NCBI GenBank assembly: GCA_963826715.1
Contig: CAWGYA010000008.1
Location: 320,001-384,000, forward strand
Direction of reading: 5' to 3'
DNA length: 64,000 nt
DNA from: Candidatus Bathyarchaeota archaeon
Lineage (GTDB): Archaea; Thermoproteota; Bathyarchaeia; Bathyarchaeales; Bathycorpusculaceae
Below the pieces are notes generated by a model. It was not told the origin of the DNA. It searched no databases and worked only from the letters and a program-made list of their open reading frames with translations. Positions 1-8,955 of the stretch are shown here, one piece after another; position 1 is the first letter of the stretch, and each line of letters starts with the position of its first letter. A program made the position numbers and the translations under genes.

Positions 1-1793
1 AAGGCGAAATAGTGCTATTTATTGATGAAATCCACACTCTGGTAGGCGCTGGCGCCAGCGAAGGAGCTATGGACGCAGCCAACATCTTAAAACCAGCGTT
101 AGCCAGAGGTGAACTACGTGCAATCGGTGCAACAACTCTCAAAGAATACCAAAAGTATTTTGAAAAAGACAAAGCACTGGAAAGACGTTTCCAGCCTGTC
201 ATGGTTAACGAGCCCGACACGTTAGATGCAATCTCGATCCTTAGAGGCTTAAAAGAACGCTATGAAGTCTTCCACCACGTAAGAATAAAAGATGAAGCCA
301 TAATCGCCGCAGTCGAACTTTCTCAGCGATACATCTCAGACAGGTTCCTTCCCGACAAAGCAATAGACTTGATAGATGAAGCCGCCTCAAAGCTCCGATT
401 AGAAATCAACTCCGCACCTGTAGAACTCGAAACTATCGAGCGTAAAATTCGACAACTCGAAATCGAGCGGGAAGCCATAAAACGGGAAAAAGACGAAACC
501 AAACTTAAAGCACTCAACCATGAAATCGCTAACCTTAGTGAAGAAAGAAATAAACTCAAAGCCCGCTGGCAAGCTGAAAAAGACATTGTCGAACAAATTC
601 AATCCAAAAAAAATGAAATCGAAAAATTAAGATTCGAAGATGAAGATGCAAACCGCAAAGGAGAATTAGGAAAAATTGCAGAAATCAGGTACGGCAAAAT
701 TCCTGAAGCTTCAAAAACCATCGAAGACCTAAAAAAGAAACTTTCCGAAATACAAAAGGGCTCTCCACTCATCAACGAAGAAGTTGACGCTGAAGAAATA
801 GCAGAAGTAGTTTCGCATTGGACCGGAATCCCAGTCAGTAGAATGCTTCAAAGCGAAAAACAGAAGCTGCTTAACCTTGAAACCGAACTTCACATACGGG
901 TAATCGGGCAGGATGAAGCGGTCCAAGCGGTCTCAGAAGCCATCAGACGAAGTCGCGCAGGGTTACAGGATCCCAAACGTCCCATAGGATCATTCATCTT
1001 TTTAGGCACCACCGGTGTAGGAAAAACTGAGTTAGCTAAAGCCTTGGCTGAATACCTCTTCAACAACGAAAACAATATGATTAGAATTGATATGTCTGAG
1101 TATCAGGAACGCCATACAGTTTCACGATTGGTAGGCGCTCCTCCAGGATACGTTGGATATGAAGAAAGTGGACAACTAACCGAGGCTGTACGTAGGAAAC
1201 CTTATGCTGTTGTTCTGCTTGACGAAATAGAAAAAGCGCACCCCGATGTTTTCAACATCTTACTCCAAGTCCTTGATGATGGTAGATTGACAGATAATAA
1301 AGGGCGCACAGTAGATTTCAAAAATACAATTATCATAATGACATCAAATCTTGGTTCACATCTCATACAGGAAAACCTAGAGAAAATAACACCGGATACA
1401 AGAGAAAAAATTTGGAACCAAACAAAAGAACAGGTATTTGACTTATTGAAAAAAACTATCAAACCAGAATTCCTAAATCGAATCGACGAAATAATAATGT
1501 TTCAACCGTTAAATGAGGAAGAAATCAAAAAAATAGTCAAAAACCAGATCAAAAACGTCCAGAAAATGCTTGAAAAAAATAATGTTAAAATTGACATCAC
1601 AAAGAAAGCCATAAACTACATCGCCAAAGTAGGGTTTGACCCCCAGTTCGGCGCACGACCAATAAAACGCGTGATCCAAAAAACCATTCTCAATGAACTC
1701 TCAAAGATAATACTAGAGGAGAAAGTCAACAAAGATGCAGTTATTGTGGTTGATGAGCAAAACGGATCGTTAGTGTTCAAAAATAAACCATAA
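1..1793 (+). CDS. clpB: ATP-dependent chaperone ClpB, 5' end outside the window
   Basis: NBD1 Walker B LFIDEIH and KPALARGEL; coiled-coil M domain; NBD2 [15 protein letters not shown] and FGARP. The frame is open to the window edge. Confidence 0.97.
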   Translation, partial: GEIVLFIDEIHTLVGAGASEGAMDAANILKPALARGELRAIGATTLKEYQKYFEKDKALERRFQPVMVNEPDTLDAISILRGLKERYEVFHHVRIKDEAIIAAVELSQRYISDRFLPDKAIDLIDEAASKLRLEINSAPVELETIERKIRQLEIEREAIKREKDETKLKALNHEIANLSEERNKLKARWQAEKDIVEQIQSKKNEIEKLRFEDEDANRKGELGKIAEIRYGKIPEASKTIEDLKKKLSEIQKGSPLINEEVDAEEIAEVVSHWTGIPVSRMLQSEKQKLLNLETELHIRVIGQDEAVQAVSEAIRRSRAGLQDPKRPIGSFIFLGTTGVGKTELAKALAEYLFNNENNMIRIDMSEYQERHTVSRLVGAPPGYVGYEESGQLTEAVRRKPYAVVLLDEIEKAHPDVFNILLQVLDDGRLTDNKGRTVDFKNTIIIMTSNLGSHLIQENLEKITPDTREKIWNQTKEQVFDLLKKTIKPEFLNRIDEIIMFQPLNEEEIKKIVKNQIKNVQKMLEKNNVKIDITKKAINYIAKVGFDPQFGARPIKRVIQKTILNELSKIILEEKVNKDAVIVVDEQNGSLVFKNKP

Positions 1794-1858
1794 CACTTGC
1801 TTACAAGCAAAAAATTAAAGCGTTAAACCGGCTATTGACCCATTAGGTTGAGGACTGA

Positions 1859-2428
1859 TTGATAACGTACGTTACTAAAGCAGACGGCTCCAGACAACCC
1901 TTTGACAAAGAAAAAGTTGTGCAGACATGTCTCCGTATGGGTGCACCTTACGAGGTCGCAATTTTAGTTGCGGAGGCAAAACATCACCTTGCATACCACG
2001 CTTTAACAGGGCTTGATGAGAGCCGCATAGCAAGAGCCATAATAGAAGATCTAACAGAAGGCTATTTGCGGGGCACAACCACTTTAAAAATTGACCGAGC
2101 TATGATAGTTACCAACACTATATATTCCGAGCATGCGAAAATCTACGGTGGTTGCCGCGATATTTTATTGGTTGGTTGGGAATCACCAAAGGGCTTTGGG
2201 CTTAGAGAAACCGTTGAAAAACACAAGCTTTACCCTCTGAGTTGCTTGAAAGGAGTAAATAAAGAAACACGACTTAAGTTGGTCGAAGCTGGCATAGTGC
2301 TCATTAGGCAGTTGCTTGAGCAAGACAGCAGATACATAGAGCGACACATCCACTTGTCTCATGAAAACGTTCTATCTATAATGGAAAAAGCGCGACACAC
2401 CACCGAAACACTATGGCAAAAAACGTAG
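1859..2428 (+). CDS. ATP-cone / Mrr-like restriction endonuclease family protein, apparently with an internal deletion
   Basis: The N-terminus YVTKADGSRQPFDKEKV is the start of an ATP cone. It jumps directly to EAKHH...IVTN...S..A..Y, the C-terminal half of an Mrr-type nuclease. Confidence 0.6.
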   Translation: MITYVTKADGSRQPFDKEKVVQTCLRMGAPYEVAILVAEAKHHLAYHALTGLDESRIARAIIEDLTEGYLRGTTTLKIDRAMIVTNTIYSEHAKIYGGCRDILLVGWESPKGFGLRETVEKHKLYPLSCLKGVNKETRLKLVEAGIVLIRQLLEQDSRYIERHIHLSHENVLSIMEKARHTTETLWQKT

Positions 2429-2517
2429 GTTACTCAAAGAAGAGAGGGATTGCGTTTCGGCCATAAACCCCAAAAAATAAATATCAACTCATTGTTTGTC
2501 TATCGATTGATGAATAC

Positions 2518-2940
2518 ATGGGTATAGAGATCTTGGTTTTCATTTTGCTCTCCGTTACCCTTGAATGTGGCATGGGGATTCTCTACGGCGTTGCAGTCGG
2601 CTACGATCCATGGCTTGTTTTTCCAATGGCGATAGTAATAAATTTCTTAGCGATATTCGCAGCTATTTTTGTGGTAGATAGACTGCTATCGTGGAGGCAA
2701 GGCGTCAAAGTATGGATTGAAAGAAGACTCACAAGAGGTCAAAAACTCATAGATAAGTATGGTGCCGTTGGAATCGTAATGGGCGTTGTTGTTCTCTCTC
2801 CAATACAGTTGGCGATAGTAGGCAGACTGATAGGAATTAAACCCAGTAAACTCTACCCCGCCCTCTTCTGCGCCATTGTCTTGGTAGCGACGGCTTATCT
2901 AGCATTAGCACTTGGCATCTTCAAAATTCTGCTATCTTAA
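2518..2940 (+). CDS. Small multi-pass membrane protein (small multidrug-export/DedA-like)
   Basis: About 4 hydrophobic segments and an IDKYG.VG motif. Confidence 0.6.
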   Translation: MGIEILVFILLSVTLECGMGILYGVAVGYDPWLVFPMAIVINFLAIFAAIFVVDRLLSWRQGVKVWIERRLTRGQKLIDKYGAVGIVMGVVVLSPIQLAIVGRLIGIKPSKLYPALFCAIVLVATAYLALALGIFKILLS

Positions 2941-3106
2941 AAGAGCCAAGGCAACAAGAGGGACCTAAACCATTAAACAGAATAAAAAAACAAGTTGGAA
3001 ATTACTAAGGGCATTCGCATACTCTTAGGGCTCAAAGTTGTATCCGCAACCTTTTTTTGCAAATATTGTTAAGCAACTTATCTTAAAATAGACTTAAGGC
3101 GAAAAC

Positions 3107-3806
3107 GTGACACAAAAGAATAAAGCTATAGTATCAATAGTTGGCTTAATCATTCCCGCTTCTTTGTTGTATTTATCATTTCTATCTACATTAGAAAATG
3201 AAAAACACGTTCAAGAAATGGCAAGTCTCATGGAGAAGATAGAGGTTAATTCAGTTTCTTATAACGAAGCCAATTTGACAGTAACCATAAATTGTACTAA
3301 AGGCTCAAATGATGCTACTGTTTGCGCTCTAACCGATATCATAATTAGAAACTTCCAAAAACAGCTTGAAATCATTCCTTCTCCAAGCAATTTGATCATA
3401 AATTTACCTACAATCCTTAAGCTTCAACTCTAAGAAACTTTGCCCTCAGAGATATACGAACTTCAGATTCGTACAGTCAAAGGATCAAGTTTTAATTACT
3501 ACAATTTTAACATTGGTAACTTCGTTGATCCTCAGCAAAAAATTGAAGTAAAAGAAATTGGTCTATAATCAAACTCAAAATGTTCTTTTAATGTATTGCA
3601 GCAGGATTTATGATAGAACAAGTCTATTTGTTGTCGTCAAGGATACTTACGGGTCACCAGTTGCCACATATGGAGACCCAATTCGCTCCCAAATATCTAA
3701 TGATGATACTTTGCTTACATTAAGGGTTGATCAATTGCTAAGCTCTGGTGAATACAGCGCATATATTGTAACAGAAAAAGGAGCAATCAAAAAATTTAGC
3801 ATATAA
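3107..3806 (+). pseudogene. Membrane-anchored protein with two repeated beta-rich (pilin/Ig-like) domains, disrupted
   Basis: N-terminal TM segment. The in-frame TAA at 3431-3433 is followed by ETLPSEIYELQIRTVKGS...QKIEVKEI, then a frameshift near 3558 into the second repeat. Repeat pairs: KIEVNSVSYN / KIEVKEI-VYN and YELQIRTVKG / YSAYIVTEKG. Confidence 0.6.
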
Positions 3807-3888
3807 TTTTCAAAACAAAAAATTCCGTGACAATTTAGTCAGCAACTAAAACCTATTTTAGCTTGCCGCTAATTATCATAATCCGATC

Positions 3889-4275
3889 TCAGAATGCACC
3901 CACTGCGTTAGGCATATTAGGAGTTACTTGTTGAGTAATATCCCAATACTCTACTAGTTTGTCTCTTTCGAAGCTAAAGAGCTGCATTTGCCTGAGACCG
4001 CCTTGATCTGGTTTGGTTTTGTCATTAAAGAGCTCGGTATGTAATGCAACCAAGTCTTTTTCCTCAATAGCCTGCTTTATTGTAAATTCTGCATTTGGGT
4101 ACTGACCTTTGCCTTCTTTGTTTGTGCCATCCATGGCTTGTATTAGGGTTTCAATATTTCTTGAGATGTAAGGGTTATGGGTTTTGCATGAGGGCAAGAA
4201 ATATTTCAAGCCGTCACTGAATTTGCCTGTTAAACCGAGGTTTATAAAAGCTATTGCTATTTGCTTGTGATCCAT
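3889..4275 (-). CDS. SnoaL-like / NTF2-fold protein
   Basis: HNP motif, DLVALH, and the C-terminal F....KLVEYWD pattern. Confidence 0.8.
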   Translation of the reverse strand: MDHKQIAIAFINLGLTGKFSDGLKYFLPSCKTHNPYISRNIETLIQAMDGTNKEGKGQYPNAEFTIKQAIEEKDLVALHTELFNDKTKPDQGGLRQMQLFSFERDKLVEYWDITQQVTPNMPNAVGAF

Positions 4276-4601
4276 AAAAATTCTTCAAGAACTATAATTT
4301 GCTCTTTGATAATAACCATCCGTTGAAGTCTACAGACATACACAACAACTTTTTGAAGACATTCCGTCAGTTAGCTCATTGTCAGAACATAAAAAATACG
4401 ATAAATAGTTTTGAGGTTGATTACTCTATGTGCCCAACCTGCGACAGACGTTTCTCATACAGTGCATACAAAGCAGCGTTACTTTCTTGAAAAAACATCC
4501 TGAAAAGGGTTTTTGCAGCTAGATTGCCCATATTCCTCATACGAGGAGTTCCAGGCTAACTGACTTCCCTGCGCCTTTTACCTAGGCTTCTTATAAGATA
4601 G

Positions 4602-4760
4602 TTATTGAGATTTAGGAGGCGTGTCTTTGTTGATCCATGTTTTTATTGCTTCTTGGACCGCTTTGGATAAATCACCTTTTTTGCCTCCGAATCGTTCAAC
4701 GGTTTTTAGTCTTAGTTGCATTTCTATTTCATCTGTGATGTCAACATTGATGCGGCCCAA
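4602..4760 (-). CDS. Small ribbon-helix-helix DNA-binding protein, 52 aa (not in the ORF track)
   Basis: Manual translation: MGRINVDITDEIEMQLRLKTVERFGGKKGDLSKAVQEAIKTWINKDTPPKSQ, an archaeal RHH pattern. Confidence 0.8.
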   Translation of the reverse strand: MGRINVDITDEIEMQLRLKTVERFGGKKGDLSKAVQEAIKTWINKDTPPKSQ

Positions 4761-5067
4761 TTTTCTTCACTTATTTTTTGCTAGTTACATATTGTTGTAA
4801 TAAGCGAGCAGCCATTTTGTTTTTTTCGTCATAATTTGTTTCATGTGTTATCCCTGCGGTTTCGCTTATTCACATTAGCACATATACGCATACACACTTA
4901 TAAGTGTATGTGTTTAAGTGAGCAAAACCCCGTGCATCCTCCAACGTACACCAATCATTGAGTCAAGTAAAAACTATCTTTTTGAGGTGCTTCAGGAACT
5001 GTTTCAGTTTTGTTTCAGCCAACTACTATACAAGCTTATGACCATAGTAGTATATGTTGATAAACAA

Positions 5068-5348
5068 ATGACAAACACAAAAATAATATTCGCTCTTGTC
5101 GCGGTTGCGGCATTGACTCTAGCCGCATTTGGAGTGGCGGCAGCTCAAATAGGCCAGAATCAAACAGTTCTCGGGGAACCCCCGAACACTGCAGTTCCAA
5201 CCCAAGGCTTTTGGGGATGCTCGGCAATTGCTTTGGCTATGGAGCCGGTCAGTCATATGATGCCCAATACGTTGCCCCACCAGTAGTTTCTGGCAATCAA
5301 GCTGCCATACCCTACCAAGGCGGTTACGGACCCTGCTGGGCACGATAA
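5068..5348 (+). pseudogene. Small secreted Gly/Tyr/Cys-rich protein with a single frameshift
   Basis: Signal peptide MTNTKIIFALVAVAALTLAAFGVAAA. A 1-nt loss near 5219 (GFWG-TG-) shifts the frame to LGNCFGYGAGQSY...GGYGPCWAR*. Confidence 0.55.
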
Positions 5349-5417
5349 ACAACAAATAACCCTTTTTTTAAGTTTCCCAAATTTTGAAGATAATCTGAAG
5401 TAAAACACGTTTTAGGC

Positions 5418-5453
5418 AAAGCATATTGCGTGGACCAAGTAGGATTCAAACCC
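5418..5453 (-). repeat. Degenerate copy of the tRNA-Ala 3' end plus trailer (old att-like site)
   Basis: aaagcatattgcgtggaccaagtaggattcaaaccc compared with aaagcatgttgaagtggaccgggggggatttgaaccc at 10172-10208. Confidence 0.65.
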
Positions 5454-5526
5454 TTGTAGGGCTCAGGATTTCACTTGCAAAATTTCTCTTTTCTTTGAAA
5501 CAATAAACAAGAACAAAGCAGAAAAA

Positions 5527-5706
5527 TTATCCTAAAGACCTTTTCGGACACTTCATTCCATGAGGTGTCTTATACGTGTCATACAATGCTCCAACAGTTG
5601 CGTCCGACTTCATTCCAAGATTTTCTTGAACTGCTTTTCCGCGAATACAATTGATAAATAGAGCATTTCTTCTCTTTTTACTCCATTTACCAGGCATTCT
5701 CATCAT
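5527..5706 (-). CDS. Small basic hypothetical protein, 59 aa (not in the ORF track)
   Basis: MMRMPGKWSKKRRNALFINCIRGK...CPKRSLG*, with an A-tract and ccttttat TATA-like element about 30 nt upstream. Confidence 0.4.
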   Translation of the reverse strand: MMRMPGKWSKKRRNALFINCIRGKAVQENLGMKSDATVGALYDTYKTPHGMKCPKRSLG

Positions 5707-5839
5707 CTCTCTAAATTACTCAGTTTAAAATAAATAAAAGGTTTTTTTATTAGACCCCCGAGTGGGGCAGTCAAAGAAACTAAAAAATGGGTTCAGAATT
5801 GCTTGAGATCTAAAAGTTCAGACGTATCTCTTCTGAGCT

Positions 5840-6121
5840 TTACCCGAATTTTGCGAGCACTTCCCGTCCGAGGTCAGTTATTTCGACAGCATAAAAATCG
5901 TAAGGTCCAAATTTCTTTGATGACTCAGGATTGTCAATTAGCTTGGATTTTAAAAGATGCCTTACTGCATCGTTGAGACCTTCTGGCATCAAACCTGTCT
6001 TTTGATGTAAAAGATCCACCTTCACTAGCAGACCTTTCTCAAATTGAGATAGGGCTACAAGAACCCGCTTAGCTGATTGGTCAATCATATCAAAATCGTC
6101 TTGTTCAAAATCTTCAACCAT
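5840..6121 (-). CDS. Small winged-helix protein
   Basis: LHQKTGL.PEGLNDAVRHL...LI and VEITDLGRE wHTH pattern; the start is probably the ATG at 6121. Confidence 0.65.
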   Translation of the reverse strand: MVEDFEQDDFDMIDQSAKRVLVALSQFEKGLLVKVDLLHQKTGLMPEGLNDAVRHLLKSKLIDNPESSKKFGPYDFYAVEITDLGREVLAKFG

Positions 6122-6258
6122 ACAAAACACCTAAATCTAACTATAGCAATCTTTGCATAAAAACCATTTGAAACGCCCGTCTGAGCAAAGATAGTTCTGA
6201 CCTTGAATTAACAGTTCTATCCGAGTGGAAGTCTTTGGAACGGGCTTTCGATAAAAAC

Positions 6259-6570
6259 TTAACTTTTCGATTTTTTGACAGCCATGGCGCGTTCGTTGCC
6301 TGTGGTGTTCACGGTCCATTCGAGCGTGTCTCCTGGCTTGAGTTTGAGAAAAACGGCTATAGCTTCTAGGTTAGGCATAGTGTAAGTTCCAACTTCAGCA
6401 AGCCCCAAATCTAAACCAATCTTAGTTGTTAAGCCATCCATAAATTGTACAACAATCAAGAAACCAAAGCAGGAAGAAAGCCACTTTGAATTAATGACTG
6501 GTGTCTTAATTAGGTCTTCACTCAGAAACATCCTCATGGCTTTGCCTCTCCTTCTTAATGAATACTGCAT
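6259..6570 (-). pseudogene. Chimeric ORF: DUF5658-like membrane N-terminal part fused to an AbrB/MazE-like C-terminal part
   Basis: QFMDGLTTKIGLDLGLAEV (DUF5658-type motif) is followed abruptly by EAIAVFLKLKPGDTLEW (AbrB-type motif lacking its N-terminal strand). Confidence 0.45.
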
Positions 6571-6996
6571 AGTTTACGGTATATTTGATACTCCAAATAT
6601 CATAATATCCAGCTAAAATCAAAAAAACGAACTTTGCAATTTACTCTGCATTCGGGCAATAAGGCCTTCCAAAATCTGGAGATGACTTATTTTCTCGGGT
6701 CAATCGGAGCCAGACCTTATTGTCCAATCATCGCGGGCATTGTTTGGGGCAGTATCGAAATAGCTATTAAACTCAAAAGTGACTTCAGAGTAGGTTTACC
6801 TTATGATTTTTGAAGAAGAAGACGATGATTGCTGTTGCGATGAAGATTGCGACTGCGAAGATGAAGAATAAACATCTCTTTTCCTTTTTTTATTGCCTGC
6901 CAAATCATTGATTCAATGTATAAACCTTTCATTAGAGGCAAAATAGTAGAAGTCAGCTTCTGGAAACTAAAACATAAAAGGACCGGGAATCCCGAC

Positions 6997-7032
6997 AAAG
7001 CATGTTTGAAGTGGACCGGGGGATTTGAACCC
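6997..7032 (-). repeat. Direct repeat of the tRNA-Ala 3' end plus 14-nt trailer (att-like)
   Basis: aaagcatgtttgaagtggaccgggggatttgaaccc differs from 10172-10208 only in homopolymer lengths. Confidence 0.9.
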
Positions 7033-7092
7033 AACTCTTAGTGGAGATATCACTCGGAGATTCACCATCATTGAAATTTTTGATCGCCTCAA

Positions 7093-8253
7093 TCATTCAA
7101 TCACTGCTGATCCGCCTTGCCATTGAGATATACGAAATATAACAAACTCAGCCGGCTTCACTGGAGCAACACCGATCAACATTATTAATCTTCCATTGTC
7201 TATATCATCTTGCGTCATTGTGTTACGATCGCATTTCACGAAAAAAGCTTGTTCTGAAGTTGTTCCCATAAGAGCCCCGTCTTTCCAGACAGTTATCAAA
7301 AATTGTGATACAGCTTGCTTTACCCTTGCCCAAAGTCGCTCATTATTAGGTTCAAAAACAACCCATTTGGTTCCCTCTTCAATCGATTCTTCAAGGTACA
7401 AAAACAAGCGCCGAAGGTTGATATATTTCCAAACGGGGTCATTTGAAGTTGTTCGAGCGCCCCACACACGGAAGCCTCGACCGCTAAATTCTCGCAAACA
7501 GTTTACCCCAAGAGGATTTAGAATTTCTTGTTGAGCTCGAGAGATTTGTTGTTCCGGACCGAGAACCCCTTCTATGACTTCATTGACTGGTGCTTTGTGA
7601 ACTCCGCGTTGCAAATCGTTTCGTGCGTAGATCCCACATATGTGTCCGCTGGGTGGGATGCACAAAATTTCTTCGGTATCAGGGTGCCGGATTTTTATCC
7701 ATGGATAATACAATGCAGCATACGATGAGTTGTATAGAGACCGCTGCGTCTGAATCGCGTCCAGACTTGCACATTTTTTTGAGTCAAGCACAGCAAACCG
7801 ATTCTTTAGGTTTTCACAATGCTCAATCATAGCATTATGAATTTTCTGGGTTATTCCACTAGGAATTGCTAAGATTTTGATTTCGTCAACTTGATTCAAC
7901 GCCCAAAGCCCAGTTCTCTGGCTTGGTTCACTGAAGTTTTTGCCTATAATAGTTTCATCGGAAACCACGCTATCTGTGGCTGTAACACGATTTATGTAGA
8001 CTCTTTGACCACCGTTCTGAAAAAACCCTTCGACAGCATGGGGCAAATAACGGTAATCACCATAACTTGTGTCCAAATAACCACCGAATAATCTTTGAAA
8101 TTCGGAAAAACTTGTAACAAGTGTGGGTTGGTTGAGTGGACCTTTCTGAGTTAAACCCACCATGCCTGTTGTACTTGTGCTTTTTCTTTCGATAGGTTTT
8201 GCACCTATTTCTATTTCTTCAATGTAAACTTTGGGTGACAAATATTCTGGAAT
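7093..8253 (-). CDS. Contractile tail sheath protein (eCIS/phage type, short form)
   Basis: PEYLSPKVYIEE N-terminus, GFFQNGG, YAALYYPW, PPSGH, RGVHKAP, GVNCLR.F..RG.RVWGART, WVVFEPN, APVKPAEFVIFRI. The family-type N-terminus begins at an ATT at 8253; the ORF track uses TTG 8241. Confidence 0.95.
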   Translation of the reverse strand: MPEYLSPKVYIEEIEIGAKPIERKSTSTTGMVGLTQKGPLNQPTLVTSFSEFQRLFGGYLDTSYGDYRYLPHAVEGFFQNGGQRVYINRVTATDSVVSDETIIGKNFSEPSQRTGLWALNQVDEIKILAIPSGITQKIHNAMIEHCENLKNRFAVLDSKKCASLDAIQTQRSLYNSSYAALYYPWIKIRHPDTEEILCIPPSGHICGIYARNDLQRGVHKAPVNEVIEGVLGPEQQISRAQQEILNPLGVNCLREFSGRGFRVWGARTTSNDPVWKYINLRRLFLYLEESIEEGTKWVVFEPNNERLWARVKQAVSQFLITVWKDGALMGTTSEQAFFVKCDRNTMTQDDIDNGRLIMLIGVAPVKPAEFVIFRISQWQGGSAVIE

Positions 8254-8284
8254 TGCCTATTCCTCTGGTTATGCTATGTGAGTT

Positions 8285-8380
8285 TTTCTTATAAAATGTA
8301 GCTTAAATTTAAGCGGGCGCTTTTAGAATCTGTCCCGATATCTTGGACTGTATTAATCGATAACGATAAATGTTAAACTA
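8285..8380. promoter_or_regulatory. Divergent sheath/tube promoter region with a 14-bp palindrome
   Basis: TTTATAA on the minus strand at 8289-8295; perfect palindrome gcttaaatttaagc at 8301-8314; TATA-like gttaaa near 8372. Confidence 0.5.
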
Positions 8381-8406
8381 CTCATAAAATATTGGGAGCT
8401 GATTTA

Positions 8407-8919
8407 ATGCCGGAGTTTAGTGTTAATGCAAATCGTTTTGATCCATACAAGAACTTTAAATTCAGAATTAAGTGGGATGGCAAATATGTCGCTGGTTTGA
8501 GCAAAATGTCAGCTTTAAAACGAACCACTGAGGTAGTTAAACATCGATCTGGTGGAGATCCAAGTTCAAGCAGAAAGTCTCCAGGTCGCACCGAGTATGA
8601 GGCAATCACTTTAGAACGTGGAGTCACTCATGATTTGGAGTTTGAAAACTGGGCTAACAAGGTATGGAACTTTGGTGCTGGATTGGGCGGTGAAGTATCC
8701 CTTAAGGATTTTCGCAAGGATATAATAATTGAAATCTACAATGAAGCAGGACAAATGGCAATAGCCTATAAAATTTATCGTTGTTGGGTTTCGGAATACC
8801 AAGCACTGCCAGAGTTAGATGCTAACTCAAACGCTGTTGCTATTCAGAGAATAAAGTTGGAAAATGAGGGTTGGGAAAGAGACACCGATGTCACTGAGCC
8901 CACTGAACCTTCAATTTAG
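8407..8919 (+). CDS. Tail tube protein, T4 gp19-like (eCIS Afp1/5 type)
   Basis: RFDPYKNFKFRIKWDG, RKSPGRTEYEAITLERG, RKDI.IE.YNEAG, YKIYRCWVSEY, LDANSNAVAI. Confidence 0.95.
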   Translation: MPEFSVNANRFDPYKNFKFRIKWDGKYVAGLSKMSALKRTTEVVKHRSGGDPSSSRKSPGRTEYEAITLERGVTHDLEFENWANKVWNFGAGLGGEVSLKDFRKDIIIEIYNEAGQMAIAYKIYRCWVSEYQALPELDANSNAVAIQRIKLENEGWERDTDVTEPTEPSI

Positions 8920-8955
8920 CCTTCAATTTTCCGGTTAATTCTGGAGAATGCCTTC

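Noticed and set aside
4299-4560. Short ORF containing CPTC (possible zinc finger)
   Set aside because: No second ligand pair in frame; too short to support a call.
6997-7032. Possible second tRNA or split-tRNA half
   Set aside because: Only the T arm and the 3' acceptor strand are present, with altered G runs; an att duplication explains it better.
6801-7034. 77-aa ORF starting MGSNPPVHF
   Set aside because: Its start is a translation of the tRNA-derived repeat, and it has no protein-like features.
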